64,000 nt of DNA, from contig NC_092678.1 in NCBI RefSeq assembly GCF_964355755.1, positions 16,721,881 through 16,785,880 on the forward strand, read 5' to 3'. Positions 13,364-26,337 of the stretch are shown in pieces (position 1 is the first letter of the stretch; every line of letters starts with the position of its first letter). The position numbers and the translations under genes were made by a program. The notes below the pieces were generated by a model. It did no database searches. It had not been told where the DNA came from and worked only from the letters and a program-made list of their open reading frames with translations. The DNA comes from Antedon mediterranea. Its lineage: Eukaryota; Animalia; Echinodermata.

Positions 13364-16300
13364 GCCCAAGTATCCATTGAGTTACACGCAAAAGGGTTTT
13401 TCCCGAAGATAGAAAATATTTGTGTACTATACAATACAATTTATAGAGAACGTTTCTATTTAAAATTAAATAGGCCTAAAAGTAGGACGATCCCATAAAA
13501 GACGTAAACAAAGTACATTACATCATTTTTTAATCCATGATTACATATACATTTATCGATGTGGTTTGGTGGATTACATTAGTTTTATGTAAGATTTGGT
13601 ATATAAAATTTAGTTTTTATTTCAATTGATGTTGGTTTTATCATTAATTATAACATATACATTTATCGATATAGTTTGGTGGATTTTGTGAATTCATGTA
13701 AGGTTTGGTAGATAAAGTATTTACGGTACTGTATTTTTATCATTTATAATTAATTTTGACTTTTCACTAATCATTAAAATAAAGTTAATAATGTGAATAT
13801 TTCGTAGGCCATATCAAACAAATAATATTTGTTTAGCATCCCGAACCCTAATACGGATGAAATTGGAGCGACATGATTGTACTTTCCCTTTAAAAAAACG
13901 AATTGTAAGAGCTGATGTAGGCTACTATGTCCGTTTTGATGACATACCGTAACATCTAAAAAAAAGGCCGACCTCGAAAAAAAGGCCGACCTCGAAAAGA
14001 AGCCCACCTCGAAAAGATGCCCAATCCCGTTGTGGTTTGCAAAAGTGATCTCGAAACTGTAGTTGTATAACTTTGTCATAAGAAAAAAAATAGCACCCCA
14101 TTTTATTACTATTGGCTCATCTTTCATACATCCGTCTCAATTAGTTACTAATCTTGGTATAAAACGTGACGAATCTCTAAACATGCAAGCACACATCAGT
14201 TATATTACTAAATCAGTAAACTTTTATCTTCACAATAATGCACACATTCGATGATTTCTTTCGATACGCTCCACATCCTCTATCATTCATGGTTTTATCT
14301 CCTCTCGTCTTGATTATTGCAATTCTCTGTTCTATGCCCTTCCGAATTTTCAAATTAATCATCTTCAACGACTACAGAACTCGGCTGCTCGTATCATTAC
14401 GTTCACTAACCGTCGCTCTCACATTTCACCTGTTCTTCGAGAACTTCACTGGCTCCCAATTGACAATCGAATCAAATTTATAATCTTGCTCCTTACTTTT
14501 AAAGCACTTCTTTTCAACCAACCTGCTTATATCCGTCAATTGATCACCTTTTATGTTCCTGGACGGACTCTTAGATTATCTGATGATTTTTTACTCTCTG
14601 TTCCACGCATAACCAACTAAAACCTTTGGTCATAGATCGTTTTCTTTTGCAGCACCCACACTCTGGAATTCACTCCCCGCACAAATTAAACACTGCTCTT
14701 CTGTTGCCTTATTTAAAAAATTGCTCAAAACTCATTTTTTCGACCACTAACATGCCCAGCGCCTTTGATTTTGTACCTCGATCTTTGAATTGACGCTTTA
14801 TAAATTTTGATATAATAGTAATAATAATAATAATAATAATAAGATTGACTTGTAGCTGTAGATGTGCAAGAAACTTCGTTTTATGATTTTAGAGTTGCAC
14901 AATGAATTGCAATGATTGATCATAGATTGAAAACCAAAAGTAATTTTGTATTGAAACTTGTTGAAAATTTAAGTCATATCATGCGCAAACTTTCTATGAA
15001 TTAAAAATGGCATGTTTCACAGAAAGTTACGATTTTAAAAATTGTGATGACGTCATCATGTTCAAAAGCGTCACTTATTTTCACCTATTCTGCACTGTAT
15101 GTAGTACGTATACAGTTAGTGTATACTGTATATACTTAGACGTGACACAAATAGGGAGCGCACACGAACATTTTTTCAATGGCATAATCATTTTTCTGTG
15201 CGCAATATTCTAACGTATGACGTGCACGTGGCTTTTGCGCTGCAGATAACCCAAATCTAGTTCAATTTTTATCTTGTCTTTTTCATTAATATACCATTTA
15301 CATTTATATATGACAGTAGTTTGGTGGATTGTATTAGTTTTATGTAATATTTGATAGATAAATACTGATTATTATTATATTAATGTTCGCTTTTCAGTAA
15401 TTATTATAAAGATAAAGTTATTAATTTGAATATTTCATATTAGGCCATATAAAACAAATACTAATTTTTTAACGTATTGATACCCACTGATGAAATTCAT
15501 TTATATTAAAGAAAACAAATTTCTAAAAAAGAAGCCGACATCGTAAAGAAGCCCACTTTGGAAAAAAAAAAGAACACAGTCAAATAAAAAGAAGCCGCTC
15601 CTTAGCTTGAAATATTAATCTCGAAAAGAAGTCCATCGGAAAAAAGACACTGTGACTATCTGGCTTCTTTTAAAGATAGTTTAGGCTTTTTTCCTAGAGG
15701 GTCGGTTTGGCAGTGCAACGGATGCTATGTGAAGACATTCAGCTGATCGCTCGTGTTCAGTTGCCGGATTACTATATTAAATTTAAATTAATAATTTAAA
15801 AATCGTAATTAAAGACTTTTATTTTAACCAATGTTATGACAGTATGTGAAGCACTCAGATTATGTGCTTTACATATACATGTGCGTTTTTCTGTCCACAA
15901 CGGACAGAACAATAATAGACAAATTAAACCCTTATAATTACAGATTTCACCAACCCCGATCTGTAACTTTGTTGGCTTTATCATGTTGTGATTAAATTGT
16001 AAGAACCGTATCAATGTATATTCTTGTGAAGATTCTGTGAAGGAATTGTTACTGCATGCTTGGTATATTGCTAATGTTTGGTCCCCCTATGGACGCAATG
16101 CACGGTACGCAACGTTGTTTACCAATCATGCAAGCGATGGATTATTCCAACTGTCGATTGCGATTGGTTAACTCGCTTACGCATGGCATTGCGTCTCTAG
16201 TGGGAACCAAAATTTACTGTATGTGAACATTTATTAATGTTAGATTTAAATAAATCAATGTTGTAAAAAAAAATATAATTTGTCTTTTCTATTGTTATAA

Positions 16301-17485
16301 TTGTCTGGTAATAAAGTAAGGCGCTGCTGTCAGATGTAAATATAATAATATTTCTGTATAATTATTTGGCAAATTGACAAGTAGGCATACACTGATGCCC
16401 CTGTGGAAAGACAATCTCTAACTAAAGACACTGTCAGTCTGCTTGATGGGATTGAAGTAGACTCGGGACGCATTTTTTTCCCTATTAGGTTAAGGCAGAA
16501 ACTATAGAGGGCCTGATTCCATACAGGAATATTTATGATGTGACGGCAAACCATGGAAATGGTTTTCATCAAGCGGTAACCGAAAATGATCTCTCTTGAT
16601 AAACTGCTTGCACATGGCCTTTAATCAAAAGCAGTGAGTTGGTGACTTACTGTTTAAAGATTTACTGTCCCCAAAACATTTAAAAAAAATGAAATTAATA
16701 AAATCAGAGGACATTTTGTAGTTTTTTATTTCAACAATATTTATCGTACGAGTGTGTTTCATGGACCAAACTGATTATTAGGGAACGTCACAACAATATA
16801 ATTTGACATACAATAACAAGAAATATAATAGAACAAAATAAAACAAAAATAAGCGGTTAAATGAAATGAAAAAATACTATTTTTACTGTTTTTTGTTTTT
16901 TTTTTTAATTACAGTGTTTAGTCGCGTGCAACGCGACTCTACAGCTCACTATGTCGGTCGGTTTGTTGGTCGGTCGGTCGGTTAGTCGGTAAATACTAAC
17001 TTGAGCACGCGACTGCAGCCAAAATGTATTGTAGATGGAGAAGCATTCTATATACTTAAGTCTAGAGTTTACGATTTTTCTTTTTCTGTTTATAAGTTTG
17101 TTAATATGGATGATATTTCCGAAATAAAAAGAAATTAAATTGAATTGAAAGTTAGAATCATCTCCAAACGTGTGCAATTTATTAATATTATACAATCCAT
17201 GAACAAAGATAGAAAAAACATGAACCTACAAGTCGGTGTGAAGTTTATATATTGATATTGTTATAGGTTCAAATTGGTTAAATTAACTTCAACAAATAGA
17301 ATTTCATATAAAATATAAGATAACTTAAATCTATAAGTATTCAAAGTAAATAACTGTCATGTGATATCAAAATGGCATATTCAACAAAACAATTCAAAAA
17401 TCCCTTTTCAGGATGAATAAGGCTTAGTTATATATACGTTTATATTGCAAATAATACTGTTTTTATTTGTACATCACCAAAATAG

Positions 17486-19434
17486 GTACTCGGATTTTGC
17501 TCGTCTATGCTGTCTTGTGGGTGACATTAAAATCTGCAAGCCGACCGATGTCTTTGCGTCTTGCAAAGACTTGCTAAAATGAGAAGTCTTACGGGTGTTG
17601 ATGTTCCTTATTGGGATATCATTCGTCATTGGAAATTTAGTTGTTATAATCTCACGATGTTATAAAAAGGATGACAACACCGATAATATCAACAGCAGTG
17701 CGAAAAGGGTTCAAACCACACTGATCACCAACCTTGCCGTGTCCGACCTGTTAATGGCTATTTATTTAATAACAATAGCAAGTGCGGATGTTCATTACAG
17801 AGGACGATACTGGGTAGTTGCAAAGGATTGGAAGGACAGCTTCATGTGTAGCTTTTCCGGAGCTGTTTCTACTCTTTCGGGTGAATGTTCGGTGTTTACT
17901 TTAATGGTTATGAGCGTTGATCGCGCTGTTAACATCGTAAACCCATTTAGCACCAGACGTCTCAACCGCAAATACTGCAGAATTCTCATCGGATTCGCTT
18001 GGCTCGTTTTCCTTGTGCTTAGTTTTCTACCAGTTTTACACAAACTAAGCGTCATCGACATGCCGTATTTCGACGACAGTTACTATGGAAAGCAGAGTGT
18101 ATGTCTGGCACTTCCACTAACCAGAAGCCGATGGCCAGGATGCGATTTTTTTTTTCGTACATAAGTTGGGGACCCCCTCATGAAACGTCACAAAATAAAC
18201 ATGAATAATTCATCAGTTAAATTTGTTGTTCCGTGTGCACCCAAGCGTATAGCAACAAGAATTGATTACACGCACAATTAAACTGCGATACGATTCTTTC
18301 TACAGTAGGCCTAGGATTCTAGGTCAATTCACGTGATTCGCGCACTCTACTTCACACGCACACCACTATGCAAAGTGTGTCAGGCTAATCGACAGCTAGG
18401 CAAGACATTAGACTAAGTAGTAATTCATTAAACATAGCCTAAAGAAAGCTTAGACCCACAAGAATAAAAAATGTGTATAGTATTTGTGTACTGTAATTTT
18501 TTAATTCTGCTATTTTATTATCAAACAATATACATGTACTCAAAGGAACTTTAAAAATGCGCGTATATGAACACATGAGATGGGAAGATTAGACCCACGA
18601 GAATAAAAAATGTATTTTTGTGTAATGTTTATTGTTTAATTTTGCTGACTTATTACTCGGTCGGATTGGTTGTGTCATACCTAACACACACACGTCACAC
18701 ACACCGTACCCACACAGCTACTACTAGGCCTAGAATAGACATGGGTTTAGAGACTAATAATTAGGCCTAATAGTATTAATAGAAACTATAATTTTAACAC
18801 GTAATTCTTTAGTAATAAATTATATTAAAAACACCATAAACTAAAGGCTGATTATTTCGACAATCCACACAAAACGCCGCTATTCTTCTATGAAATCGCA
18901 CGCCGCAACAACAGCGGAGATAGGCCTAGAATCGTACCGCACTTGTGTAATCACTTCTTGTTGCTATACGCTTGGGTGCACACGGAACAAGAAAATTTAA
19001 CTGATGAATTATTCATGTTTATTTTGTGACGTTTCATGAGGGGGTCCCCAACTTATGTACGAAAAAAAAAATCGCGGCCAGGATGGGAGTACGCCGTTGC
19101 CATATTTGTTGTGTTTAATGGAATAGGTTTTATCGTCATCGCTGTGAGTTATGCCACCGTTTTCTTCTCAGTTCAGAGGTCAGGAGCCACCGTCTGTGGA
19201 CGACGAAAACGAAAGGAACAATTAAAAATGGCACGGGAATTAGGAATCATTGTCTTTACTGATTTTTGTTGCTGGTTCCCGATAATCCTAATGAGTTTCT
19301 GTTCAGAAATGGGGTGGTGGTATATTCCTGAGGAAATTTACGCGTGGGCAGCGACGGTTATTATACCAATAAACTCGTCGGTCAACCCTTATCTTCTCAC
19401 AATTGTCTATATGTGCATATGTAAACATAAGTAA
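17486..19434 (+). pseudogene. GRL101-like terminal exon, copy 4 (pseudogenised)
   Basis: AGA>TGA at 17580-17582 before TM1, plus a 934-bp MITE inserted in the ECL2 coding region. Confidence 0.9.
18142..19075. mobile_element. Mutator-like (MULE) non-autonomous element, 934 bp
   Basis: ~130-bp TIRs (gcgattttttttttcgtacataagttgggg...) and a 9-bp TSD ggccaggat at 18133-18141 and 19076-19084. The empty site is visible in copies 1-3. Confidence 0.88.
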
Positions 19435-21240
19435 GCCCAAGTACCCATTGAGTTACACGCAAAAAGTGTTTTTCCCGAAGATAGAAAATATTTGTGTACT
19501 ATACAAAACAATTTATAGAGAACGTTTTTATTTAAAATTAAATAGGCCTAAAAGTAGGACGATCCCATAAAAGACTAAACAAAGTACATTACATCATTTT
19601 TTAATCCATGATTACATATACATGTATCGATGTAGTTTGGTGGATTATATTAGTTTTATGTAAGATTTGGTAGATAATATGTAGTTTTTATTTCAATTGA
19701 TGTTGGTTTTATCATTAATTATAACATATACATTTATCGATATATAGTTTAGTGGAATTTTTAAATTTTAATGATTGATCATAGATTAAAAACCAAAAGT
19801 CATTTTGTATTTAAACTTGGTGAAAATGTAAGTCATATCATGCGCAAACTTTCTATGGATTAAAAATGGCATGTTTCGCAGAAAGTTACGATTTTCAAAA
19901 TTGTGATGACGTCATCATGTTCAAAAGCGTCAATAACTTTGGTCACTTATTTACACCTACACACTAAAAAAAAAGGTGCAAATCTCTACCTAAAAAGGTG
20001 CAAACCGATGCAACAATAGCAGCTCCCTTTAAGGTGCACAACTGCACCTTTGACGAAAGGTGCAATTTTGAACCCTGATAAAGGGTGCTATAATGCTCCT
20101 TTGGAGTTCACATTTGCACCATATAAGGTGTAATTTTCTACCCTAAAAGGTGCAAACTAAATGCAACAATAGCAGCTCCCCAAAGGAGCAAAATTCAACC
20201 TCTAAATAAAGGTGCAACTTTACACCCTAATAAAAGGTTCAATAATGCTCCTCTAAGATTCAAATTTCTGTTAAAAAGGTGCACAAATAAAAATCACTAA
20301 AATACAAAAAATATTGATTAAGCTTTGTATAATTTTATTCAACTTTAAAACATTACATTATTCAATTCAACTGCTGAATTAATGGATGGCAATTACCAGT
20401 CTCTGCACCTTAAATAGAGTGTGGCCATCTCTTCTCAAACCAACAATAGGCCTATTGTTAAAATTATCTAATGATGACATCTTTGGCAGTATTCTCTTCT
20501 TATCCCCATATATCTGAAACAGTGTTCTTGATGTCTGGTTCACCTTTTCCGAACATTTTCACCTGATTATGTACTTTCCTAAAAAGCATGAAATAGGAAG
20601 GGAAACTATTATATTAATATTATCATTAATATGACAACATCATACAATACATTATTGACATTGTTCTGATTTTTAAAGTCAAATTACCTTGACCACATGC
20701 TTCACATACTTTAAAGTATGTTCCTCTCCCTTTCCTGAGCTCGTAGTATAGTAGGCCCTATATACTAGAGTATTACAGTACATGTGGTCACATTTCTTTC
20801 TCCTTTTCTGAACATCTTTATTGCTGCTGATTAGAGCAGAGGTGCTCTTTCATGTTTTAAACTTATTTTATCCCTCCATGACATCATGTAGGCTGTAACT
20901 ATAATTAAAAATAATGATAATGTGTATAAGAATTTAATATAGGCCTAGGCCTAATAATACCCAGCTACTGTAATAACTAATATTAATAACTAGGCCCCTG
21001 GCCTGCCTAGCTAGGCCTATTATTAATTATAGGCCTAGCAGGCTAGCTAGGCCTAGGACTGCTTTTAATTAAGTTTAAGGTCTAGGCCTAACCAAGGCAT
21101 ATAGCTAGGCCTATTATGCCTAACCTACTAGCTAGACCCAGGTAAGTAGGCCTCTAGGCCTAGACTGCATACTTTAGGCTTAACCTAGCCTAGGCCTAAT
21201 AGAGGCCGCCTAGATAGGCTAGGTAGGAGGCCTCTAGCTA

Positions 21241-22319
21241 GGGGTGTCACAAAACCTAAGACCACGAAAGCTAAGATCCCCTAAGACCTAAGATCACGAA
21301 AGCTAAGACCTAAGATTACAAATATTTATCTTTCGCACCTCAGACCTGCCTTGTATTTTAACTCCCAACATTTATTCTGAATACCACACCTTAGAATTGG
21401 CACTTTCATGAAAAAGAATCAAATAAAAAGTAACAAATACATTTTTAAATTGATGATTTTACAGACGTTTTTCTCGCACACAAAATGACTAGCCTACAGT
21501 ACACTGGTAGGCCTACCCCATGTTCAATGTTTTTGTTTCTATGGAACGTCAAAAGAGCAAAAATTATATAGAGGGCTGAAAACTCTGTGGAGTCCATCTA
21601 CAGTGTGCATGGAAAAATGTAAAATAAAAATTTTAATGATAATAGTATAATCATGCAAGTACGAAGAAATAAATACTGGCAAATAAATTTTAACTTAAAA
21701 ATCATGATAAGTTTTTTTGTTTTGTTTTCTTTCTGTTTTTATACTTGTACTATTATTGTTGCTTTTTTGGTGCTCTATAAAAACAAAAACATTGAGCATG
21801 GGGAGCTCGAGGAGTTACATTACAGTATACAAAGAAACACGTCTGTAAAATCATCAATTTAAAGGATTTATTTATTTGTTATTATGTGTTTCTCCTTCTG
21901 AAAGTACTTATAAGTCCTAATTTTAAAGTGTGGTATTCAGGATAAAGTTATTAAACAAATTTGGAGTCAAAATACAAGAAAGGCAGGTGCGTAAGAAAAA
22001 CATCCTCTGAACCAACACATTGAAGTAAAATATATACCAACAAACAACCCGTCAAGTTTGTTTGTTGTAAAGAAAAAATATACATTTACTCAACGGGCGA
22101 AAATAATGTGAGTTTATCTGTGTTTTGCGGTAGTATTAAATTATATTTATGGTATTAAATGAAACCTACTGTGTTTAAAATTATGTATGGATAAACAAGT
22201 ATTGTTTTTAAGCTGTAGTATATCTTAGAATTTGTAATCTTAGGTCTTGGGTCTTAGCTTTCGTGATCTTAGGTCTTAGGGGGTCTTAGCTTTCGTGGTC
22301 TTAGGTTTCGTGACACCCC
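21241..22319. mobile_element. TIR MITE with 8-bp TSD (superfamily uncertain: MULE/Merlin-like)
   Basis: ggggtgtcac..ctaagacc repeats / ..ggtcttag..gtgacacccc, flanked by tctagcta on both sides; long internal imperfect inverted repeat at ~21330-21990. Confidence 0.8.
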
Positions 22320-22623
22320 TCTAGCTAGCCATATTTATTTATTTAGCTATCATTTTTAAGTTTTAGGCCTAGCCTAGGCTTATAGGCCTATACAATAATT
22401 AATCTAATAAAAACAACCAAACTACATGCCTATAAAGCTTCGTTACTTACTTTTAACAGCTATCCTACACTGGAGAGGTGTGGGAGCTAGGCCTAGGCCT
22501 AGTTTAATTTTATAGCCTGATTTTTTGGGCGCAAACTCCTCAATTCAAACTGCATGTTTAACAACCGCACGCGCTTAAAATTATTGTTCAATTCCTGTTT
22601 CAAATAAATTTAGAATTTTAATT

Positions 22624-22935
22624 GTGAGTGAGTGGCCGAGCGGTTAAGACAGTGGAACCGTAATCACGTAGCCATAACATCGGCAGAGGTTCGAGGCTCA
22701 CTCACTCCATGGTTCTGGTGGTAGAACGAGTCTTCTCGGATAAGGACTATAAACCGTAGGTCCAGTGTACACAACTTGCTCGTGAGCACTTTAAAGAACC
22801 TAGTACACCTTTCGAGACGAGTAGGGGGTTACCCCGGTGTACTAGTACATCACAGCCACTGATCACCAACTGGGCCCTCTGGGAGATCAGTCTTTGACTG
22901 AAGAGGTTACCTAGTATAAAGATAAAACAAACAAG
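22624..22935 (+). mobile_element. tRNA-derived SINE with Nin/Deu-like central domain
   Basis: A box gtggccgagcggttaag, B box ggttcgaggc, core ggataaggactataaaccgtaggtcc..gcactttaaagaacc, (aaac)n tail. A decayed head of the same family lies at ~42320-42410. Confidence 0.75.
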
Positions 22936-24119
22936 AACAGATGCCTACATTATGATATTAGATATTCTAATAATATTGTTAGATATGAAAGAAAAGTTTA
23001 CTTATTCTAGACTTAAGCAAACCAGAGTAAATAACCTCTGAAATTCAATATTTTAACAATTGTTTACAGACATCTTGCGTGCGCATACGGTACGAAATTG
23101 TACAAACATTGTACAAAAAGGTGCTATTATGCACCTTTTAACTGATGTTAAACCTTATAGGGTGCCCAGTTGAACCTTTGAATTTATCATGTTAAAGGTA
23201 TTAAACTTTAATTTTCAGTTACAAGCCAGCGACTTTCTAATGTTCCGTAAAAAAAAGATTTGTTCGAATTCCGATAGCTGTCCCCACAAACCTATCTATA
23301 TTATTATTAATCTTTCTTATTTTTGTTTTAACTTACCACAATAATGTCATTCTAAAAAAATTGTCCTTATCATCACCTTTTAAGCTTTTAGAAGCCCTAA
23401 GTTAAACATATCAAGAAGCGTTCATTAATCTAATAGGTCTTATTTGTCACACAGTCACCATGGCCTACTTGGGCCTTTGCGGTGCAGTTCTGCACCTTTT
23501 TATACTTGTCTGCATTTTTCGATATAAAAGGTGCAAAAATAAACCTTTTATGAACTCTGCACCATTTTATGAGAAAAAGGCGCAAGTTAGCACCCTTTTA
23601 TAGGTTTGCATCTTTTATTGCACCTTTAGTTTTAAGTGTGTATTCTGCACTGTATGTAGTACGTATACAGTATATAGTGTATACTGTATATACTTAGACG
23701 TGACACAAAATAGAGAGCGCACTAACATTTTTTCAATGGCATAATCATTTTTCTGTGCGCAATATTCTAACGTATGACGTGCACGTGGCTTTTGCGGTGC
23801 AGATAACCCAAATCTAGTTCAATTTTTATGTTGTCTTTTTCATTAATATAACATTTACATTTATATATGACAGTAGTTTGGTGGATTGTATTAGTTTTAT
23901 GTAATATTTGATAGATAAATACTGATTATTATTATAATTAATGTTCGCTTTTCAGTAAAGATAACGTTATTAATTAGGATATTTCATATATTAATATATT
24001 GAAACATTAATCTCGACGAAAAGAAGTTTCTCGGACACGGTTTGTGAATTTCGCATGCTCCATGCCATGTTCAATATTGTCGTTTCTATGAAGCGCCAAA
24101 AGAGCAACTATGATAGAGA

Positions 24120-26337
24120 AATTACAATCAAACCCAGAAAAGTTCAGTTTTCCCCGGCCCATATCACAAGCATTTATTAAAACCTGGTGAAACTAAATTG
24201 GTTCAACTTTACGGGAAAGTGCCTTCCATCCTCAAGAATTCCGAGGTTGTATTACTATCTACAAAACATCTTACCGAGGTTAGCCCGAGCAACATGCTAG
24301 TTAAATTGCATAGAGGGAACGCTTCAATTCCCGTTACCAATAACACTACTAAACATATTTTTCTACATAAACGTCGCCCAGTTGCACATTTTGATACAAC
24401 AGACACTACCCACATTTGTCAACAACTACCTTCACTGACTGCCTCAGATAATTTTGTGCATGGTAAGACTTTCCAAGGTAAATTGCGAGAAACATAAAAT
24501 AACAACTTGCAAAAATATCCTCATCTTCAACCTGATGATTTACGGTTAGATTATACTGATATAGAAATGATTCATAATCAAATTGATCTTAAAGATAGTG
24601 ATTTAACTGAAGTTGAAAAACAACGTGTATTTAATATGTTATCTAGAAATAGACAATCCTTTAGTCTTATGGTGAATTAGGTACATGTCCTGGTTTCGAG
24701 GTAGACTTCGATCTAACAGATCACACACCGTTTTACATTAGACCTTACCCAGTCACAGAGCAGAACAAGAAGTTGATAGACACAGAGTTAACCAAATTAG
24801 TAGATTTAGGTATCCTTGCAAAAGGTCATAAGGCATATACTTCCCCAGTTTTGTTGGTTAACAAGAAAAATGGTGATGAAAAGAGAGTTGTTACAGATTT
24901 TAGATACCTGAACTCTCGAATAAAATGCCATAACCATCCTTTTCAACCATTTAGTCAAGTTATACAACACATTGGACATTGTAATCCCTCTATACTCAGT
25001 GTGATTGATATTAAAAGTGCTTTCCATAGTTTGAGTCTTAGTAAGAAATCACAGGAATATGTTGGTGTATCGTCTTATTCTGGAGGTCAGTCATACTATT
25101 ATAAACGGTTACCTCAAGGTTTAAGCTGTAGTCCTGCTAGTTTTCAATAAAAAATTACAGAAGTCATTTCCGCAATCCCTAATTCTCACCAATTTTGTGT
25201 TGCTATTCACGACGACATTCTTGTCTTTAGTCGCAGTAAAGAAGACCATTTTAATCACCTAAACTCCATATTTGCTGCACTTACAAAACAGGGATTTAAA
25301 GCATCCCCACAGAAATGTAAATTGTTTAGAAAGGAGTGTATATACCTTGGACATGTCGTCCTTATTGATAAACATAATACAGTCAGTATTAGACCTATGG
25401 CAGACAAATGTACTGCTATTCGTGAAATGCCCAACCCAAAGACTGTAAAACAGGTTAAGAGATTTATTGGTGCAGTTGGATTCTTATCATTTTTTCTTCC
25501 CAAATTACAGGAGTTGTTACAACCTTTACATTGTCTTACTAAAAAGGGTGCAAAGTTTATATGGACATCTGAACATCAAGAAGCCGTTGATAAGATTAAA
25601 TGTCTATTAGTGGAGCCACCAATTGTAATGGCCCCACAGCCGAATGGTAGATTTTCTTTATATTCAGATACGTCACGAATTGCTACGGGTTCTTATCTGA
25701 CACAAGAAATTAATGGTAAAGGACGTCTGGTTGCTTATTATTCTAAACGATTGCCACCTGCAGCAGTCAACTACTCTGTTAGTGAATTAGAACTTTTTGG
25801 TCTTCTTATCAATATCACAGGTTTTAAAAATACCCTTTTTGATAGAGAATTTGATGCTTATGTAGATCAATCTTCTTTGATTTATATCGTGATATCTAAT
25901 TCCGTCCCAGCAACATATAGATTAAGTAGGTTGCTTGAGAAATTGTCTGAATACAGTTTTACTTTGAATTATAAGAAGGGAGAAGACATTCCTTTGGCTG
26001 ATTTTCTTTCTAGAGCTCCTAGAGAAGCTGACTCAGAGATTGATAGAATTATGCCCATTTCTTTATGTGCTCAAGATGCATATCCTATCCAAGGACGTCC
26101 ATTTACACGTGCGTACGCTAAGGCACAAGGTATTCAGATTCCGCCTATACAACAACAACAACAACAAACACCTCAAATACCACCAACTTTAAAAAGTAAG
26201 CGATGTACAACAACAACAACGACAAAACGAACAGATTAATCAAAGACGTCAACAACTAAATGAACATATAAATGTTCCACAACAAACCGATCATAACACG
26301 AGACGTCGACATAATGAACATAATGTATATCAAGACG
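24120..26337 (+). mobile_element. Ty3/Gypsy LTR retrotransposon pol remnant, 5' part (RT, RNase H)
   Basis: PFYIRPYP, YTSPVLLVNK..RVVTDFRYLN, IDIKSAFHSL, RLPQGL, AIHDDIL, LYSDTS, YYSKRL..NYSVSELE, ADFLSR; contains stops and frameshifts. Confidence 0.92.

Larger units (their letters stand above)
19960..23640. mobile_element. CMC-EnSpm/CACTA-like non-autonomous DNA transposon with nested insertions
   Basis: Termini cacactaaaa...ttttaagtgtg, TA duplicated, arrays of aaaggtgcaaa subterminal repeats inverted at the two ends. Empty site cacctattctgcac is present in unit 3. Confidence 0.8.
1656..24035 (+). repeat. Tandem segmental array of ~5.13-kb units (starts 1656, 6763, 11892, 17019); unit 4 diverged, deleted and interrupted
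   Basis: ORF offsets are 5128 and 5129 and the flanks are near-identical. Each new unit begins at ccaaaatgtattgtagatggagaag. Unit 4 homology is traceable to ~24035. Confidence 0.95.

Noticed and set aside
22624-22710. Functional tRNA gene
   Set aside because: Pol III boxes are present but the cloverleaf is poor and it continues into a SINE body and tail.
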